This document shows, piece after piece, positions 9,919-19,167 of a stretch of 64,000 nt of DNA (position 1 is its first letter; each line of letters begins with the position of its first letter). The translations under genes and the position numbers were made by a program. The notes under the pieces were generated by a model, which saw nothing but the letters and a program-made list of their open reading frames with translations, ran no database searches and had not been told where the DNA came from. The DNA is from Candidatus Thalassarchaeaceae archaeon (GTDB lineage Archaea; Thermoplasmatota; Poseidoniia; Poseidoniales; Thalassarchaeaceae). The stretch lies in contig JAQXEZ010000004.1 of assembly GCA_029250605.1 (NCBI GenBank), positions 35,378 to 99,377 on the forward strand. The letters run 5' to 3'.

Positions 9919-10734
9919 GTGCCCTGCCCGAGTGCCATGCCAGTTTCTTCCGACATGCTGGACGGAGGGGTCGCGTTAGTCACCCTTTCTCCTGATGCTT
10001 CCGCAGACACATTCGCTCCAGCCAACTTTGAAGCTCTCCTTTCCACATTAGATGAACTAATGGCCGATCCACTGTGCAGATCAGTGGTGATTACCGGCTC
10101 AGGGCGTTTTTTCTCCGCAGGAGGAAACATCGACGATTTCGCCAGTGGAATTGAGTCCGGAGAGATTGGAGACAGGGTCCAGGAGATGACAGACAAACTC
10201 CATCCTTTGTTGCTGAGAATGAGGACATCCGAGAAAGTATTCGTTTGCGCAATTAACGGATCGGTTGCTGGCGGCGGCTTCGGTTTGGCATTGGCCTCTG
10301 ACTATCGCGTCTGCGTGCCCCGGGCAAAGCTAGCCTCGGCCTTCTTCCGCCTCGGGCTTTCTCCGGATGGAGGGATGACTTGGTTGCTACCACGTTTGGT
10401 TGGAAATCAGGTGGCAAAGAGATTCCTCTTCAATTCTGAAGTTTGGTCGGGTGAGAAGGCAATGGAAGTGGGTGCAGTGGATGAATTAGTGGAAGAAAGC
10501 AACCTCGTTGAGAGGTCCTTGGAAGTCGCCAGAGAGTGGGGCAAATGGTCAGTTAACAGCAGGAGGGGCACGAAGCAGTTGCTCGATGCATCCACTTCGA
10601 CATTCTTTGAAACACAACTTCAGTTCGAACAGTCGCTGATGGTCGCATCCTCAAAGACGGCCGACTTTGCTGAAGGTGTTAGATCCTTCAAGGAAAAGAG
10701 AGAACCGTCTTTCGGAGCCGAAGAGGAGGAGTAG
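9919..10734 (+). CDS. Enoyl-CoA hydratase/isomerase family protein
   Basis: 271-aa ORF with FFSAGGNIDDF and INGSVAGGGFGLALASDYRV crotonase motifs. The start is uncertain, with in-frame ATGs also at 9937 and 9955. Confidence 0.8.
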   Translation: MPCPSAMPVSSDMLDGGVALVTLSPDASADTFAPANFEALLSTLDELMADPLCRSVVITGSGRFFSAGGNIDDFASGIESGEIGDRVQEMTDKLHPLLLRMRTSEKVFVCAINGSVAGGGFGLALASDYRVCVPRAKLASAFFRLGLSPDGGMTWLLPRLVGNQVAKRFLFNSEVWSGEKAMEVGAVDELVEESNLVERSLEVAREWGKWSVNSRRGTKQLLDASTSTFFETQLQFEQSLMVASSKTADFAEGVRSFKEKREPSFGAEEEE

Positions 10735-10735
10735 A

Positions 10736-11197
10736 TTGTCCCGAAGACTCATTGTAATGCGTCATGCGAAGAGTAGTTGGAAAGAGACCGGAATAAGTGA
10801 TCACGATCGTCCCCTGAACAAGAGAGGACTTAGAGACGCTCCACGGATCGCAGATGCCATCCATGACAGAGGATGGACACCAGACCTGATTCTGGTTAGC
10901 AGTTCTAAGAGGACACTTCAGACTCTCTCACAGATGTCCAATAGGTTCGAAGGGGTGCAATCAGAAATCCGAACGGAGATATACCACGCCACCGTGAATG
11001 ACTTGCTGCTAGTATTGGAGGACACGGCCCAAGAAGGAACGACAATGGTTCTGGGCCATAACCCCGGTTCAGAGATACTAGTCAATCACCTGTCGGGGGA
11101 ATGGCACGTGTTGCCAACTGCGGCCGCCGTGCTATTGGTCGAGTCTACAGGGCAGTGGGAGATCCAGGAAGTTTTCCGCCCCAAGGAGATTCAGTAG
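10736..11197 (+). CDS. sixA: Phosphohistidine phosphatase SixA-like (histidine phosphatase superfamily)
   Basis: RHAKS catalytic motif close to the N-terminus and LGHNPG later in the protein. The probable TTG start at 10736 lies just after the upstream stop. The first ATG is at 10757. Confidence 0.65.
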   Translation: MSRRLIVMRHAKSSWKETGISDHDRPLNKRGLRDAPRIADAIHDRGWTPDLILVSSSKRTLQTLSQMSNRFEGVQSEIRTEIYHATVNDLLLVLEDTAQEGTTMVLGHNPGSEILVNHLSGEWHVLPTAAAVLLVESTGQWEIQEVFRPKEIQ

Positions 11198-12478
11198 TCA
11201 GGGATGTTCCGGAACCGCTTCCGACCAGTGTGACATCTTGTTCAGTGTTATAGTCACGTTAGTCACCTCACCCTCTTCCCAGTAGTCAACTGCTACGAAG
11301 GTGGGCCTGTTGTCCATCTCCTCCCAGCACTCCAGAGATCTGTTGAGCAGGGTCTCGTATTCATTCACCTCGTTTGCCAAAACTGGGTCCGGAAGCCCAT
11401 AGATGCTTGAAAGCCAGTTATTCAGATGCCAAACTGGTTGCGAGCCATCTCCACGATGAACGGTGCAGGACATCTCTTCCTTGCTACCCTCGGCATAGTT
11501 CGTCGTCCAACCGAACATTCCAAAGTCGTGCAACCAGGGGTAGTCATCGTTCTGTGATTGCTCCCAGAAAACAACCAGGTCCTTGCCATCAAGAACCATG
11601 TCGCCCAAGCTGGGCCATTCTTCCCCTAGGGTGTGTGTGTAAATTCGGTCAGACATGCCAGTCTCATTGAACAGGAACTGCAGGTGAGATGCCGGGACGT
11701 AGTTCTCTATAAGGAGGGTGACCACATCTCCACTCGAGTTGTTCATCAGGGAATTAAGGAGATTCAGCCACAGAAAAGCATCCACCTCTCCGAAATTGCA
11801 GGGGTGGAAGAACTGGCCAGTGCTGTGGCAGAACCTCACGTCCTCAGCAGAAGTATTGTCGTAGCTCCTGTGATGGGAATCGACCATGAATGCTCTGATC
11901 CCGTCATCCCACTGCCGTTGCAGTCCAGTGTAGTGATTAACCCCGACTAGAATTTGGTCCTCTATCGTAGAGTACGCGTTGTGAGTCTCTGCGAAGGTGA
12001 AGTCATCATAGGTCCTGAGACAGAAAACGGTGATTCCATGGCAAGTCATGAAATCATCTGAATCCATCGGATCGAAGCCCCTCTCCAACTCCCATTCGTT
12101 AGGCAGGCCATCTCCGTCTGCATCATCGTCCCACTCGTCGCAAATCATGTCTCCATCCAGATCCTCGGGGATAGAATACCGGTCTAGTGAATCAGTGCCA
12201 CATTCCACTTCGGCATCATCGGTCCAGGAATCATCATCGTCATCTCCATCCAAGACGTCGCACACAGAATCCCCATCGGTGTCCTTTGGAAAGCCATCTC
12301 CATTATTGGGGTCAGACGTGCAGTTCAACTCAACAGAATTCTCCCATCCGTCACCATCCACGTCAACATCCTCGGAGTCTTGAATCCCATCCCCATCCAT
12401 GTCGGGAGGAGATTTCTCCATGCAACCCGAAGTAATTAGTAGAGCGCACAATAATAGCGAACCAAGTTTTTCATGCAT
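11198..12478 (-). CDS. Secreted lipoprotein with thrombospondin type-3-like Ca-binding repeats and a PLC-like phosphodiesterase (PI-PLC X-like) domain
   Basis: Lipobox signal peptide MHEKLGSLLLCALLITSGC. There are at least three DxDxDGxxDxxD repeats, followed by ETHNAYS...GIRAFMVDSHH, which resembles the PLC-like catalytic core. I chose the ATG at 12478 rather than the TTG at 12517. Confidence 0.55.
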   Translation of the reverse strand: MHEKLGSLLLCALLITSGCMEKSPPDMDGDGIQDSEDVDVDGDGWENSVELNCTSDPNNGDGFPKDTDGDSVCDVLDGDDDDDSWTDDAEVECGTDSLDRYSIPEDLDGDMICDEWDDDADGDGLPNEWELERGFDPMDSDDFMTCHGITVFCLRTYDDFTFAETHNAYSTIEDQILVGVNHYTGLQRQWDDGIRAFMVDSHHRSYDNTSAEDVRFCHSTGQFFHPCNFGEVDAFLWLNLLNSLMNNSSGDVVTLLIENYVPASHLQFLFNETGMSDRIYTHTLGEEWPSLGDMVLDGKDLVVFWEQSQNDDYPWLHDFGMFGWTTNYAEGSKEEMSCTVHRGDGSQPVWHLNNWLSSIYGLPDPVLANEVNEYETLLNRSLECWEEMDNRPTFVAVDYWEEGEVTNVTITLNKMSHWSEAVPEHP

Positions 12479-12513
12479 CGTCCCAGCTCTACGTTTCGAT
12501 ACACCTAGAGATT

Positions 12514-13332
12514 TCAATCCATTATCATCTCGTGATGGTTCGGAACGAAGGTCTGCTCCGTCATCGGTGGCCTGACATACCCTCTAGCATTCTTCCGATT
12601 TGGGAGCTCAATTGGCTCAGGAGTAAGATCCTCGTATTCAATCATCGAGAGAAAGTGACTGATGCAATTCAAGTGAGCATGCCTCTTGATATCGGAGTTT
12701 ACCACGAACCATGGAGACTGCTTGGTGTCCGTATGAGCGAACATCACGTCCTTCGCCTCGGAGTAGTCTTCCCAACGGGTAAGCGACTCTAGGTCCATTG
12801 GACTTAGCTTCCACCTCTTGTGCGGTTCGGCTAGTCTTGCCTTGAAGCGCTTCAATTGCTCGTCATCGGAGACCGAGAACCAGTACTTGATCAGAATCGT
12901 CCCTGATCTCATCAGCATCCTCTCGAACATAGGGCAGGATCTCATGAATTCGTCATATTCGTCCTCATCACAGAACCCCATCACTCTCTCGACCCCTGAC
13001 CTGTTGTACCAACTTCTGTCGAACATCACTATCTCTCCGGCCGCGGGAAGGTGGTTGACGTACCTTTGGAAGTACCACTCGGTCTTTTGCCGCTCGGTTG
13101 GGGCTGGTAGAGCCGCGACCCTCACAACCCTTGGGTTGAGGTACTGGGAGATCCTCTTGATTACGCCGCCCTTGCCAGCAGCATCCCTGCCTTCGAAGAC
13201 AACAACGACCTTCAGCCCCTTTGCCTTCACCCACTCCTGCAGCTTGATCAACTCAAGCTGGAGTCTGAATAGCTCCGCATTGTACTCCTTCTTACCAATC
13301 CTCTCAATTTTCTTGCCCCCCTTGTCGCCCAT
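12514..13332 (-). CDS. ppk2: Polyphosphate kinase 2
   Basis: 272-aa ORF with the PPK2 Walker A region VVVFEGRDAAGKGG and FDRSWYNR and typical PPK2 length. Confidence 0.9.
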   Translation of the reverse strand: MGDKGGKKIERIGKKEYNAELFRLQLELIKLQEWVKAKGLKVVVVFEGRDAAGKGGVIKRISQYLNPRVVRVAALPAPTERQKTEWYFQRYVNHLPAAGEIVMFDRSWYNRSGVERVMGFCDEDEYDEFMRSCPMFERMLMRSGTILIKYWFSVSDDEQLKRFKARLAEPHKRWKLSPMDLESLTRWEDYSEAKDVMFAHTDTKQSPWFVVNSDIKRHAHLNCISHFLSMIEYEDLTPEPIELPNRKNARGYVRPPMTEQTFVPNHHEMIMD

Positions 13333-13401
13333 TGTTATCAGTCCTCCATGGCCGTCAGAGACAAAAGCCCTCTGGTCACCATTTTACAGAAATCACACTG
13401 C

Positions 13402-14064
13402 CTATAGCAGGCTGACAAGATCACTCAATGCCAGGGGTGGGTCATCCGATTTTGTGACTCCACTAGCCAGAAGAACCCCAGAAGTACCTAGGTCAATTGC
13501 CTTCGAAACGTCCGAACCGGCCTTCACTCCAGCCCCACAAAGAATACCCACTGCTCCTGAAACATCCTTCACTGCCCGGGCAGTGCCACTGACAATCTCT
13601 GGATCAGCACTAGTCACTGACACGTCCCCCCCGATCAACTCCGGTGGTTCCACGGCGATGAAGTCGGGTCCTAAAGCAGCGAGAGCCCTAGCCTCCTCTA
13701 CATCAGCAGCACATGCGCAGACTTCGAATCCTTCGGGGACCTGTTCAAGCAGCATTGCCACGTGCTCAAGACTGACCTTGTGCTCTGCATGGTTGACCAG
13801 TGTCCCCGAGGCCCCCCTCTCAATCGCGGTAGAGGGATGCAACCATCCCGTGTTCGAACCGAATCCGACGGGATCTAGGTGCTGGCACCAGACCTCAAGA
13901 CCGGGGGCTGCAGCCACTACAGCGGACAGGTCAAACGCAGAGACCGCGGCAATCATCCTTGCATCCGTTTCTATGTTGGCCATAGCCAGAGCCAGACTCT
14001 CAGCCGAGGCGCCATGAGCAGTCTGGTACGTCTTGAAGTTCACAACTACAAGAGGGTCGCTCAC
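13402..14064 (-). CDS. tpiA: Triosephosphate isomerase (short archaeal type)
   Basis: 220-aa ORF with NFKTY, LVNHAEH and AVEPPELIG, as in archaeal TIMs of about 220 aa. Confidence 0.85.
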   Translation of the reverse strand: MSDPLVVVNFKTYQTAHGASAESLALAMANIETDARMIAAVSAFDLSAVVAAAPGLEVWCQHLDPVGFGSNTGWLHPSTAIERGASGTLVNHAEHKVSLEHVAMLLEQVPEGFEVCACAADVEEARALAALGPDFIAVEPPELIGGDVSVTSADPEIVSGTARAVKDVSGAVGILCGAGVKAGSDVSKAIDLGTSGVLLASGVTKSDDPPLALSDLVSLL

Positions 14065-14137
14065 AGTATCCCGAGTCGTCCGGCCTCTTTGACCGTGTTG
14101 GGGATTAGTCCAATACCTAGGACTAGTTCTGGGGTCT

Positions 14138-15448
14138 ATGGCAGAGTCTCCAGAATGGACGGAGAGTAGCCTTTCTGAGCACTACTCAGATGGATATGGG
14201 ATCGATCTTTCGTGGTTGGATAAGCCAACCAGGCACCAATTCCGATGGAGGACTCTGAAGGGACCATGGGTTACATCGAGGAAGAGGATTTCATCAGGCA
14301 AATCACTAGTGAAGTCCTTCGACTCGATGCCCACTGATGTGTACGTTTCCACTTCCTCTTGGCTAGATCCAGTTAATCTCCCTAGGTTGAAGGACACCAA
14401 GCGCCCATCGCCCATTCTGATTGACCACATGGTCGTTTTCGACATCGATATGAGGCCATTCTGCACGAGTAGGTTAGAACTGGCGAGGAAAGAGACCCTC
14501 AGCCTAAGTGAATGGATCGCCGAGAATACTGATTTGGAAATTCGCCATGTCTCTTTCTCTGGAAGCAAGGGCTTCCACATAGTGGCCATTGACCCGGACA
14601 GGTCTCCTTTCGAAGAGCCAGACCCAGCAAAGAGGGAGTTAGCGGTAAGGGAGAACAGGAAGGCTCTGCTAGGAAGGGTGATTGAAGCAGGTCACGATGT
14701 CGACCCCGTGGTAACTGCAGACACGCGTAGGATAATCCGAGTGCCAGGGACATTGCATGGCTCAACCGGCTGGGTTTGCTCGGTTCTCGGGGAAGGGCTA
14801 CTTGAGAGGCCAGTAAGGGAGTGGATATCTGACATCCCGAAACATGAGATGTCCTCTTCGATGCCCAGAAGGCCTCCGATCAAGATTCCCCGATTTAAGC
14901 CCAGAAAGAAGGCAGCGGTTAGGACAAGCACAGTCATGGCAGGGAGTCATGAGTTTGTCAGCCTAGAGGTAAGCAGCCATGTCCCCGGAACGAAGGACCG
15001 TTCCGCCTTGGTGGCATGGCTTCCGGTTCGATGGGGAAATGTCTCTGAATCGATTGACAGGGCCCAAATGGAGTTTGACTCCATCGACCTAGGGCCCGTG
15101 GCCTACATGCACGATGGCGAGAGGGTTCTGGCAATCATCCCAAGGGCGATACCACGAGATTTCCTTCTGAGTAGAATTGGCATAATGGGGATTAGGGGAC
15201 TAGAGAATGATCTCAGGAGGTTCGAACACTCTTGGGTCAGGATTTCTGGCAGGATGGTCGAGGGTGATTGGGAGGCGGAGATGGAACCAATTACAGTGCT
15301 CGGCTACGACTCTAGTGAGAGGTGCATGCACCCTTGGTCCGCCCCCCATCTCGACCTTTGCAAGAGTCTCGGCCTACCTATCAGGCATGGTGCAGGCGAT
15401 ATCTCAGGGAAACCAAAGGCATCCATCAGAGTAGCCGTCCGGCGCTGA
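14138..15448 (+). CDS. priS: DNA primase small (catalytic) subunit
   Basis: 436-aa ORF with the three AEP primase motifs: VVFDIDM (DxD), FSGSKGFH and DPVVTADTRRIIRVPGTLHGSTG. Confidence 0.75.
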   Translation: MAESPEWTESSLSEHYSDGYGIDLSWLDKPTRHQFRWRTLKGPWVTSRKRISSGKSLVKSFDSMPTDVYVSTSSWLDPVNLPRLKDTKRPSPILIDHMVVFDIDMRPFCTSRLELARKETLSLSEWIAENTDLEIRHVSFSGSKGFHIVAIDPDRSPFEEPDPAKRELAVRENRKALLGRVIEAGHDVDPVVTADTRRIIRVPGTLHGSTGWVCSVLGEGLLERPVREWISDIPKHEMSSSMPRRPPIKIPRFKPRKKAAVRTSTVMAGSHEFVSLEVSSHVPGTKDRSALVAWLPVRWGNVSESIDRAQMEFDSIDLGPVAYMHDGERVLAIIPRAIPRDFLLSRIGIMGIRGLENDLRRFEHSWVRISGRMVEGDWEAEMEPITVLGYDSSERCMHPWSAPHLDLCKSLGLPIRHGAGDISGKPKASIRVAVRR

Positions 15449-15594
15449 GTTTATTTCCCGTCGTGCCAACCGCGTTTCGTCCCGAAGAAGGAGCCCAATG
15501 GGCAATGACTGCTGTTGCGTGCCGCAACCTTCGCTATCGTACCTCATCGGTCCGGGCGCCGGGACAGCGCCCGGGCCTCAAGGTTGTGCAACCT

Positions 15595-16374
15595 ATGTCT
15601 GCTGAGATTGTCCTAGGAATCATTTTCCTCTTCTTCAGTGGTGTCTGGGCTGCAATCAAGTTCGTGGACGATTACACAGACAACAGATTGGTGTTCTTCG
15701 TTCCAGCGGCGGTGCTGTCCCTGTTCCTTCTTTCTGGAATCGGAGAGGGCTTTGTGTTCTTCGCCTTCCTCTTCGCTTTCGGACCAATAATTGTCATGCT
15801 GATAATTGTCGGACTCGATCAGGGTGGTCAAAACTCAATTTCATCAACAAGAGCATGGGCTACATCGAGTTCAAGTCCAAGAAAGAAGAAGGACCTGAAT
15901 CGCAAACTCGCACCGAGTTACATGCGTGCGTATGACAGATTGATTGGTTATGTCCAAGCCAGGGGGGGAGAAGTCAAATCCCGGGATGACGGAATTCGCA
16001 GGCTTAACGAATTGGGATCTTTCGATGCGGAACGATTCTTTTCGAGCCCTTACGTTATCAAGACGCTAGGCTTTGCTCCCGACTCTACCTCCAAAAAACA
16101 GTCACATGTTTCTGAAGGCGGTGCCTCCAATGGATCAGAAAGAAAGGGTTCAGGTGATTTTTCTGAAATTGAAGGTGACGATTGGTGGGAGAAGGGTTAC
16201 GAGGGCGGAACAGAAAAATCAACTCAGGCATCAGATCCATCTGAGGAGTCATGTGGAAACTCACAGTGCTCTAATCCAGTGACGGCCTTCGACTTCCGTT
16301 GCTTCACGTGCCGAAAGAGGTTCTGCAGAGACCACGCGGGAGTAAAAATCGATTGCAATGTTTGCTCACAGTAA
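15595..16374 (+). CDS. Membrane-anchored protein with a C-terminal AN1-like zinc finger
   Basis: I chose the ATG at 15595 inside the longer ORF 15322..16374. The protein has three or four N-terminal TM helices and a Cys/His cluster CGNSQCSNPVTAFDFRCFTCRKRFCRDHAGVKIDCNVC. Confidence 0.5.
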   Translation: MSAEIVLGIIFLFFSGVWAAIKFVDDYTDNRLVFFVPAAVLSLFLLSGIGEGFVFFAFLFAFGPIIVMLIIVGLDQGGQNSISSTRAWATSSSSPRKKKDLNRKLAPSYMRAYDRLIGYVQARGGEVKSRDDGIRRLNELGSFDAERFFSSPYVIKTLGFAPDSTSKKQSHVSEGGASNGSERKGSGDFSEIEGDDWWEKGYEGGTEKSTQASDPSEESCGNSQCSNPVTAFDFRCFTCRKRFCRDHAGVKIDCNVCSQ

Positions 16375-19161
16375 TCAGAGGAAAACACTCTTCTTGTGTG
16401 TCGATGATCTGGGGGAAAGCCCCGCCCGCTTGATCTCGCCGACCATCTCCTTCCCGCTCCTGCTGTGTCCGTACTGAACCTCGCCGGGACTCACCTTCCA
16501 GTTCCACTGCTTCTCGAAGACCTTCGCATCCTCCATGTTGCGACAAAGCTTCTTGGGGACCGCATGGAACATCGAAAGGACGTTCCTCTTCCTCCTGAAG
16601 TACTTGCCAACAACCTCTGGGAGCAAGTCGCTTAGCCACGTTTCGCTCACCACCTTGACCTCTCTCTGAATGACGTACCTCGGATTTTCCAGTGGTCCGA
16701 GCACCTCCTCCATCGCCTCTGCGAAGATGGCCGACTCTTCTTCCGATGCCTCCTCCAGGTAGGTCCTCATCCAGCCCCCGCCTCTGCTGCCACCTCCAAC
16801 CTTGACGTCGAACCCGATGTGCCCTAGGGCCTGCAGCGAGGAGGCGACTGCGTCCGCAATTGCCAGGACAAGTGACTCATCGGACCATTGGGCCATCCCG
16901 ATCCTGTTTGTCGGGGGAAAACCCCCTCCAAGACCACTTCCTTTGATCTCTATTGCTTCCCTGGGAACCGCGCTGAAGGCCTCGCCGATGCCCCATAGGT
17001 CTCGGGTACGCTCCCGATTCCTGGATCTCATCAGCATCTCCTCGTTGAAAACGTCCATCGCCTCCGAGACCCCCTCCGGACGAGCCTCGGTGAAGGCGGC
17101 GTGGACATGGCCTACCCCCTTCTCTATTGCACCATCATCACAGACCCCGTAGAGCTGCTTGTGTTTCCTCTTGAATCGCAGGTAGTCGTCGAAACCCTTC
17201 TTGAACTCGTCAGCCAGGCAAACGATGTCCCAGTTGTTTGCAACCTTCTCCGGCCAATGCTTGTCCAACCTGAAAGACCTCCCTCTGAGTTGGTTGATGC
17301 TCATGCTGGTCGTGACTGTGGTCAGGTCAACGAGAACGTTGATCCTGCTGGCATCCCATCCCTCTCCCAGTAGCCCCCTTGTTCCCACGAGGCATTTCGT
17401 CACCCCCTCCTGAAACATCTCCGTGATCATCATCGTGTAGTAGCGAGGCAACCAGTCCTTGCCCTTGCCCCTGATCTCGAAGTAACCCTCATTCTCGACA
17501 TAGTCGAACTTGATTTTCAGGCCTCTTGACTCCACCCATTGCTCGAATCTAGGGAAGATCCTCTCCAACAGGTCGTCGTCGACTAGCACCGTCGTCCCCG
17601 TCATTAGCACGGGATCCAGTCTGTCAGTGGCCTCGCTCCCGAGGACCGCCCTGTATGCTGCGACCGCGCCGCCCGCCTCTTTGTCCAGAACCCCTTCGAC
17701 AAGTGCCGTGGCCGACGTCTTCTCGAAGTCGGTGACTATCACTGCCCTGATTTCAGGACCCAGCGCCTGCATCTCCGATTGCAGGATGTCTCGGAGCGCA
17801 TCGTACTTCGCGGAACCATATGCCATTACCCTCCCAACCGGTGAGGCACAGGCCCTAGCCCCTCCTTTGGTGATCTGGATTCCGAGCATCCTGAGCTTCT
17901 TCTTCGCATCCTCAGCAAGAGCATGGTCCTCCTTGCTCTCCGACCTCATCAGGCCGTTCCTGATGTATCGATCGAGTAGCGTGATGAGCGTGTCCATGCT
18001 GTTCCCCGCAGCGACCAACTCTGGAGATGGAATTGGGACCCCATCTGGTAGTCTCAGACCCCCAGATGTCAGGTATCCCCTAGCCGCATCCGCCAGAGAC
18101 GGGTCGCTTCGCCTGAATGAATTCCAGTCCTTGGCCTTACGGCCCGGCAGTGACAGCTCGTCCAGCACCCTTGCCAGCCAGACCTCGAGACGAGGGACCC
18201 TGCCACTAACATCATCGGGCCCTCTTCTAAGAGACTTGACCAATGATTCGAAGTCTTGGTCCACATTCGCAATGTAACTCAACTCATCAGAGGATGGACG
18301 GACGAAGTAAGCCAGATCCTGATATGGGGCAAGGTTGCTATCCCTGACCAATGCGGGTACTGGGACCTCGTAGTCCACTTCTCCGAAGAGTTCCAGATAC
18401 CTTCCTATTGAAGGGGCATCACCCTCCTCTGGAGGTGTTGCAGTAAGTCCTAGGATGATCGGATTGCCGAGGAATTCCCTCGCCTCGATGAGCACCTTGC
18501 CCCAGTGATCCATTAGGTGATGGCACTCGTCGAGAATGATCAGCCCCACTCCAACATCGGCGAGCTTCATCAGATTCTCCCTGGCTGACTCGTGAAGGAC
18601 CCATAGCGCATTGCCGTGATCGGCCAGGGAATCCCTCACCTTCTTTCTATAGTGCCCCATGGTCTCCGCGTGATGCTTGGGGTTCTTCTGCTCGAGATCA
18701 TTGATCCAAGCCATGGCGCTCTCCATATCGTCCGCCTCTATCACTCCGGAGTCGGAGGGGATCATCAGTTTCGAGATCCACATCTCCAGAGCGGACTCGT
18801 CCAGATTTCCCCCTCTCCTCTTGGGCAGGGTTACCGACTGGTACGTTAGCGAAGTCAGGATCCCAGGATTCTTAGGGTCGGTGCCAATCTCTGATGCCCT
18901 CCCATCTAGGTGGAAGAGCTCCTTCGCCCTCTCGACCCATTGCGCCTGAATTGCCGAGTTCGGACTGAGAACGAGCGTGGGTTTCCTGACTATGTCGGAC
19001 CAGACATATAGTCCCAGAACTGTCTTTCCGGAGCCCGGCGGAGCGACGATTAGGAGTTCCTTTGAGCCATCATCCAGATCTTTCTTGATGACGCTTGATG
19101 ATGCGACTTGGGATGGTCTGAGAGTTCCAGAGAACTGGATTCCTCCGAATTCATCAGTCAT
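16375..19161 (-). CDS. Large superfamily-2 (DEAH/DExH, type III restriction Res-like) helicase with an uncharacterised ~250-aa C-terminal region
   Basis: Motif I VAPPGSGKT, motif II ILDECHH, motif III LGLTATP and motif VI QLRGRSFR. The ATG at 19161 is two codons inside the ORF-track TTG start at 19167. Confidence 0.85.
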   Translation of the reverse strand: MTDEFGGIQFSGTLRPSQVASSSVIKKDLDDGSKELLIVAPPGSGKTVLGLYVWSDIVRKPTLVLSPNSAIQAQWVERAKELFHLDGRASEIGTDPKNPGILTSLTYQSVTLPKRRGGNLDESALEMWISKLMIPSDSGVIEADDMESAMAWINDLEQKNPKHHAETMGHYRKKVRDSLADHGNALWVLHESARENLMKLADVGVGLIILDECHHLMDHWGKVLIEAREFLGNPIILGLTATPPEEGDAPSIGRYLELFGEVDYEVPVPALVRDSNLAPYQDLAYFVRPSSDELSYIANVDQDFESLVKSLRRGPDDVSGRVPRLEVWLARVLDELSLPGRKAKDWNSFRRSDPSLADAARGYLTSGGLRLPDGVPIPSPELVAAGNSMDTLITLLDRYIRNGLMRSESKEDHALAEDAKKKLRMLGIQITKGGARACASPVGRVMAYGSAKYDALRDILQSEMQALGPEIRAVIVTDFEKTSATALVEGVLDKEAGGAVAAYRAVLGSEATDRLDPVLMTGTTVLVDDDLLERIFPRFEQWVESRGLKIKFDYVENEGYFEIRGKGKDWLPRYYTMMITEMFQEGVTKCLVGTRGLLGEGWDASRINVLVDLTTVTTSMSINQLRGRSFRLDKHWPEKVANNWDIVCLADEFKKGFDDYLRFKRKHKQLYGVCDDGAIEKGVGHVHAAFTEARPEGVSEAMDVFNEEMLMRSRNRERTRDLWGIGEAFSAVPREAIEIKGSGLGGGFPPTNRIGMAQWSDESLVLAIADAVASSLQALGHIGFDVKVGGGSRGGGWMRTYLEEASEEESAIFAEAMEEVLGPLENPRYVIQREVKVVSETWLSDLLPEVVGKYFRRKRNVLSMFHAVPKKLCRNMEDAKVFEKQWNWKVSPGEVQYGHSRSGKEMVGEIKRAGLSPRSSTHKKSVFL

Positions 19162-19167
19162 TGCCAA

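Noticed and set aside
12030-12420. Repetitive GA/GAT-rich DNA that might be taken for a tandem repeat or array
   Set aside because: The periodicity comes from Asp-rich DxDxDG calcium-binding repeats in the lipoprotein gene on the minus strand. There are no spacer-repeat units, so it is not a CRISPR array or a satellite.
12818-14017. 399-aa plus-strand ORF spanning the ppk2-tpiA region
   Set aside because: It runs antisense to two well-supported genes and across their intergenic gap. Its translation is low-complexity (rich in Ser, Pro, Ala and Leu). It is a typical shadow ORF of a relatively GC-rich region.
16802-18277. Several plus-strand ORFs (116, 90, 70 and 255 aa) inside the helicase gene
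   Set aside because: All are antisense to a 930-aa ORF with complete helicase motifs. Their translations are Ser/Pro/Ala-rich with no motifs. They are GC-driven shadow ORFs.
14138-19167. Primase plus large helicase as the replication module of an integrated plasmid or virus
   Set aside because: The primase has the canonical chromosomal PriS motifs. No integrase, capsid gene, partition gene or terminal repeat is present. Housekeeping genes (tpiA, the sucCD side) flank the region. The two genes are also separated by an unrelated membrane-protein gene and lie on opposite strands.
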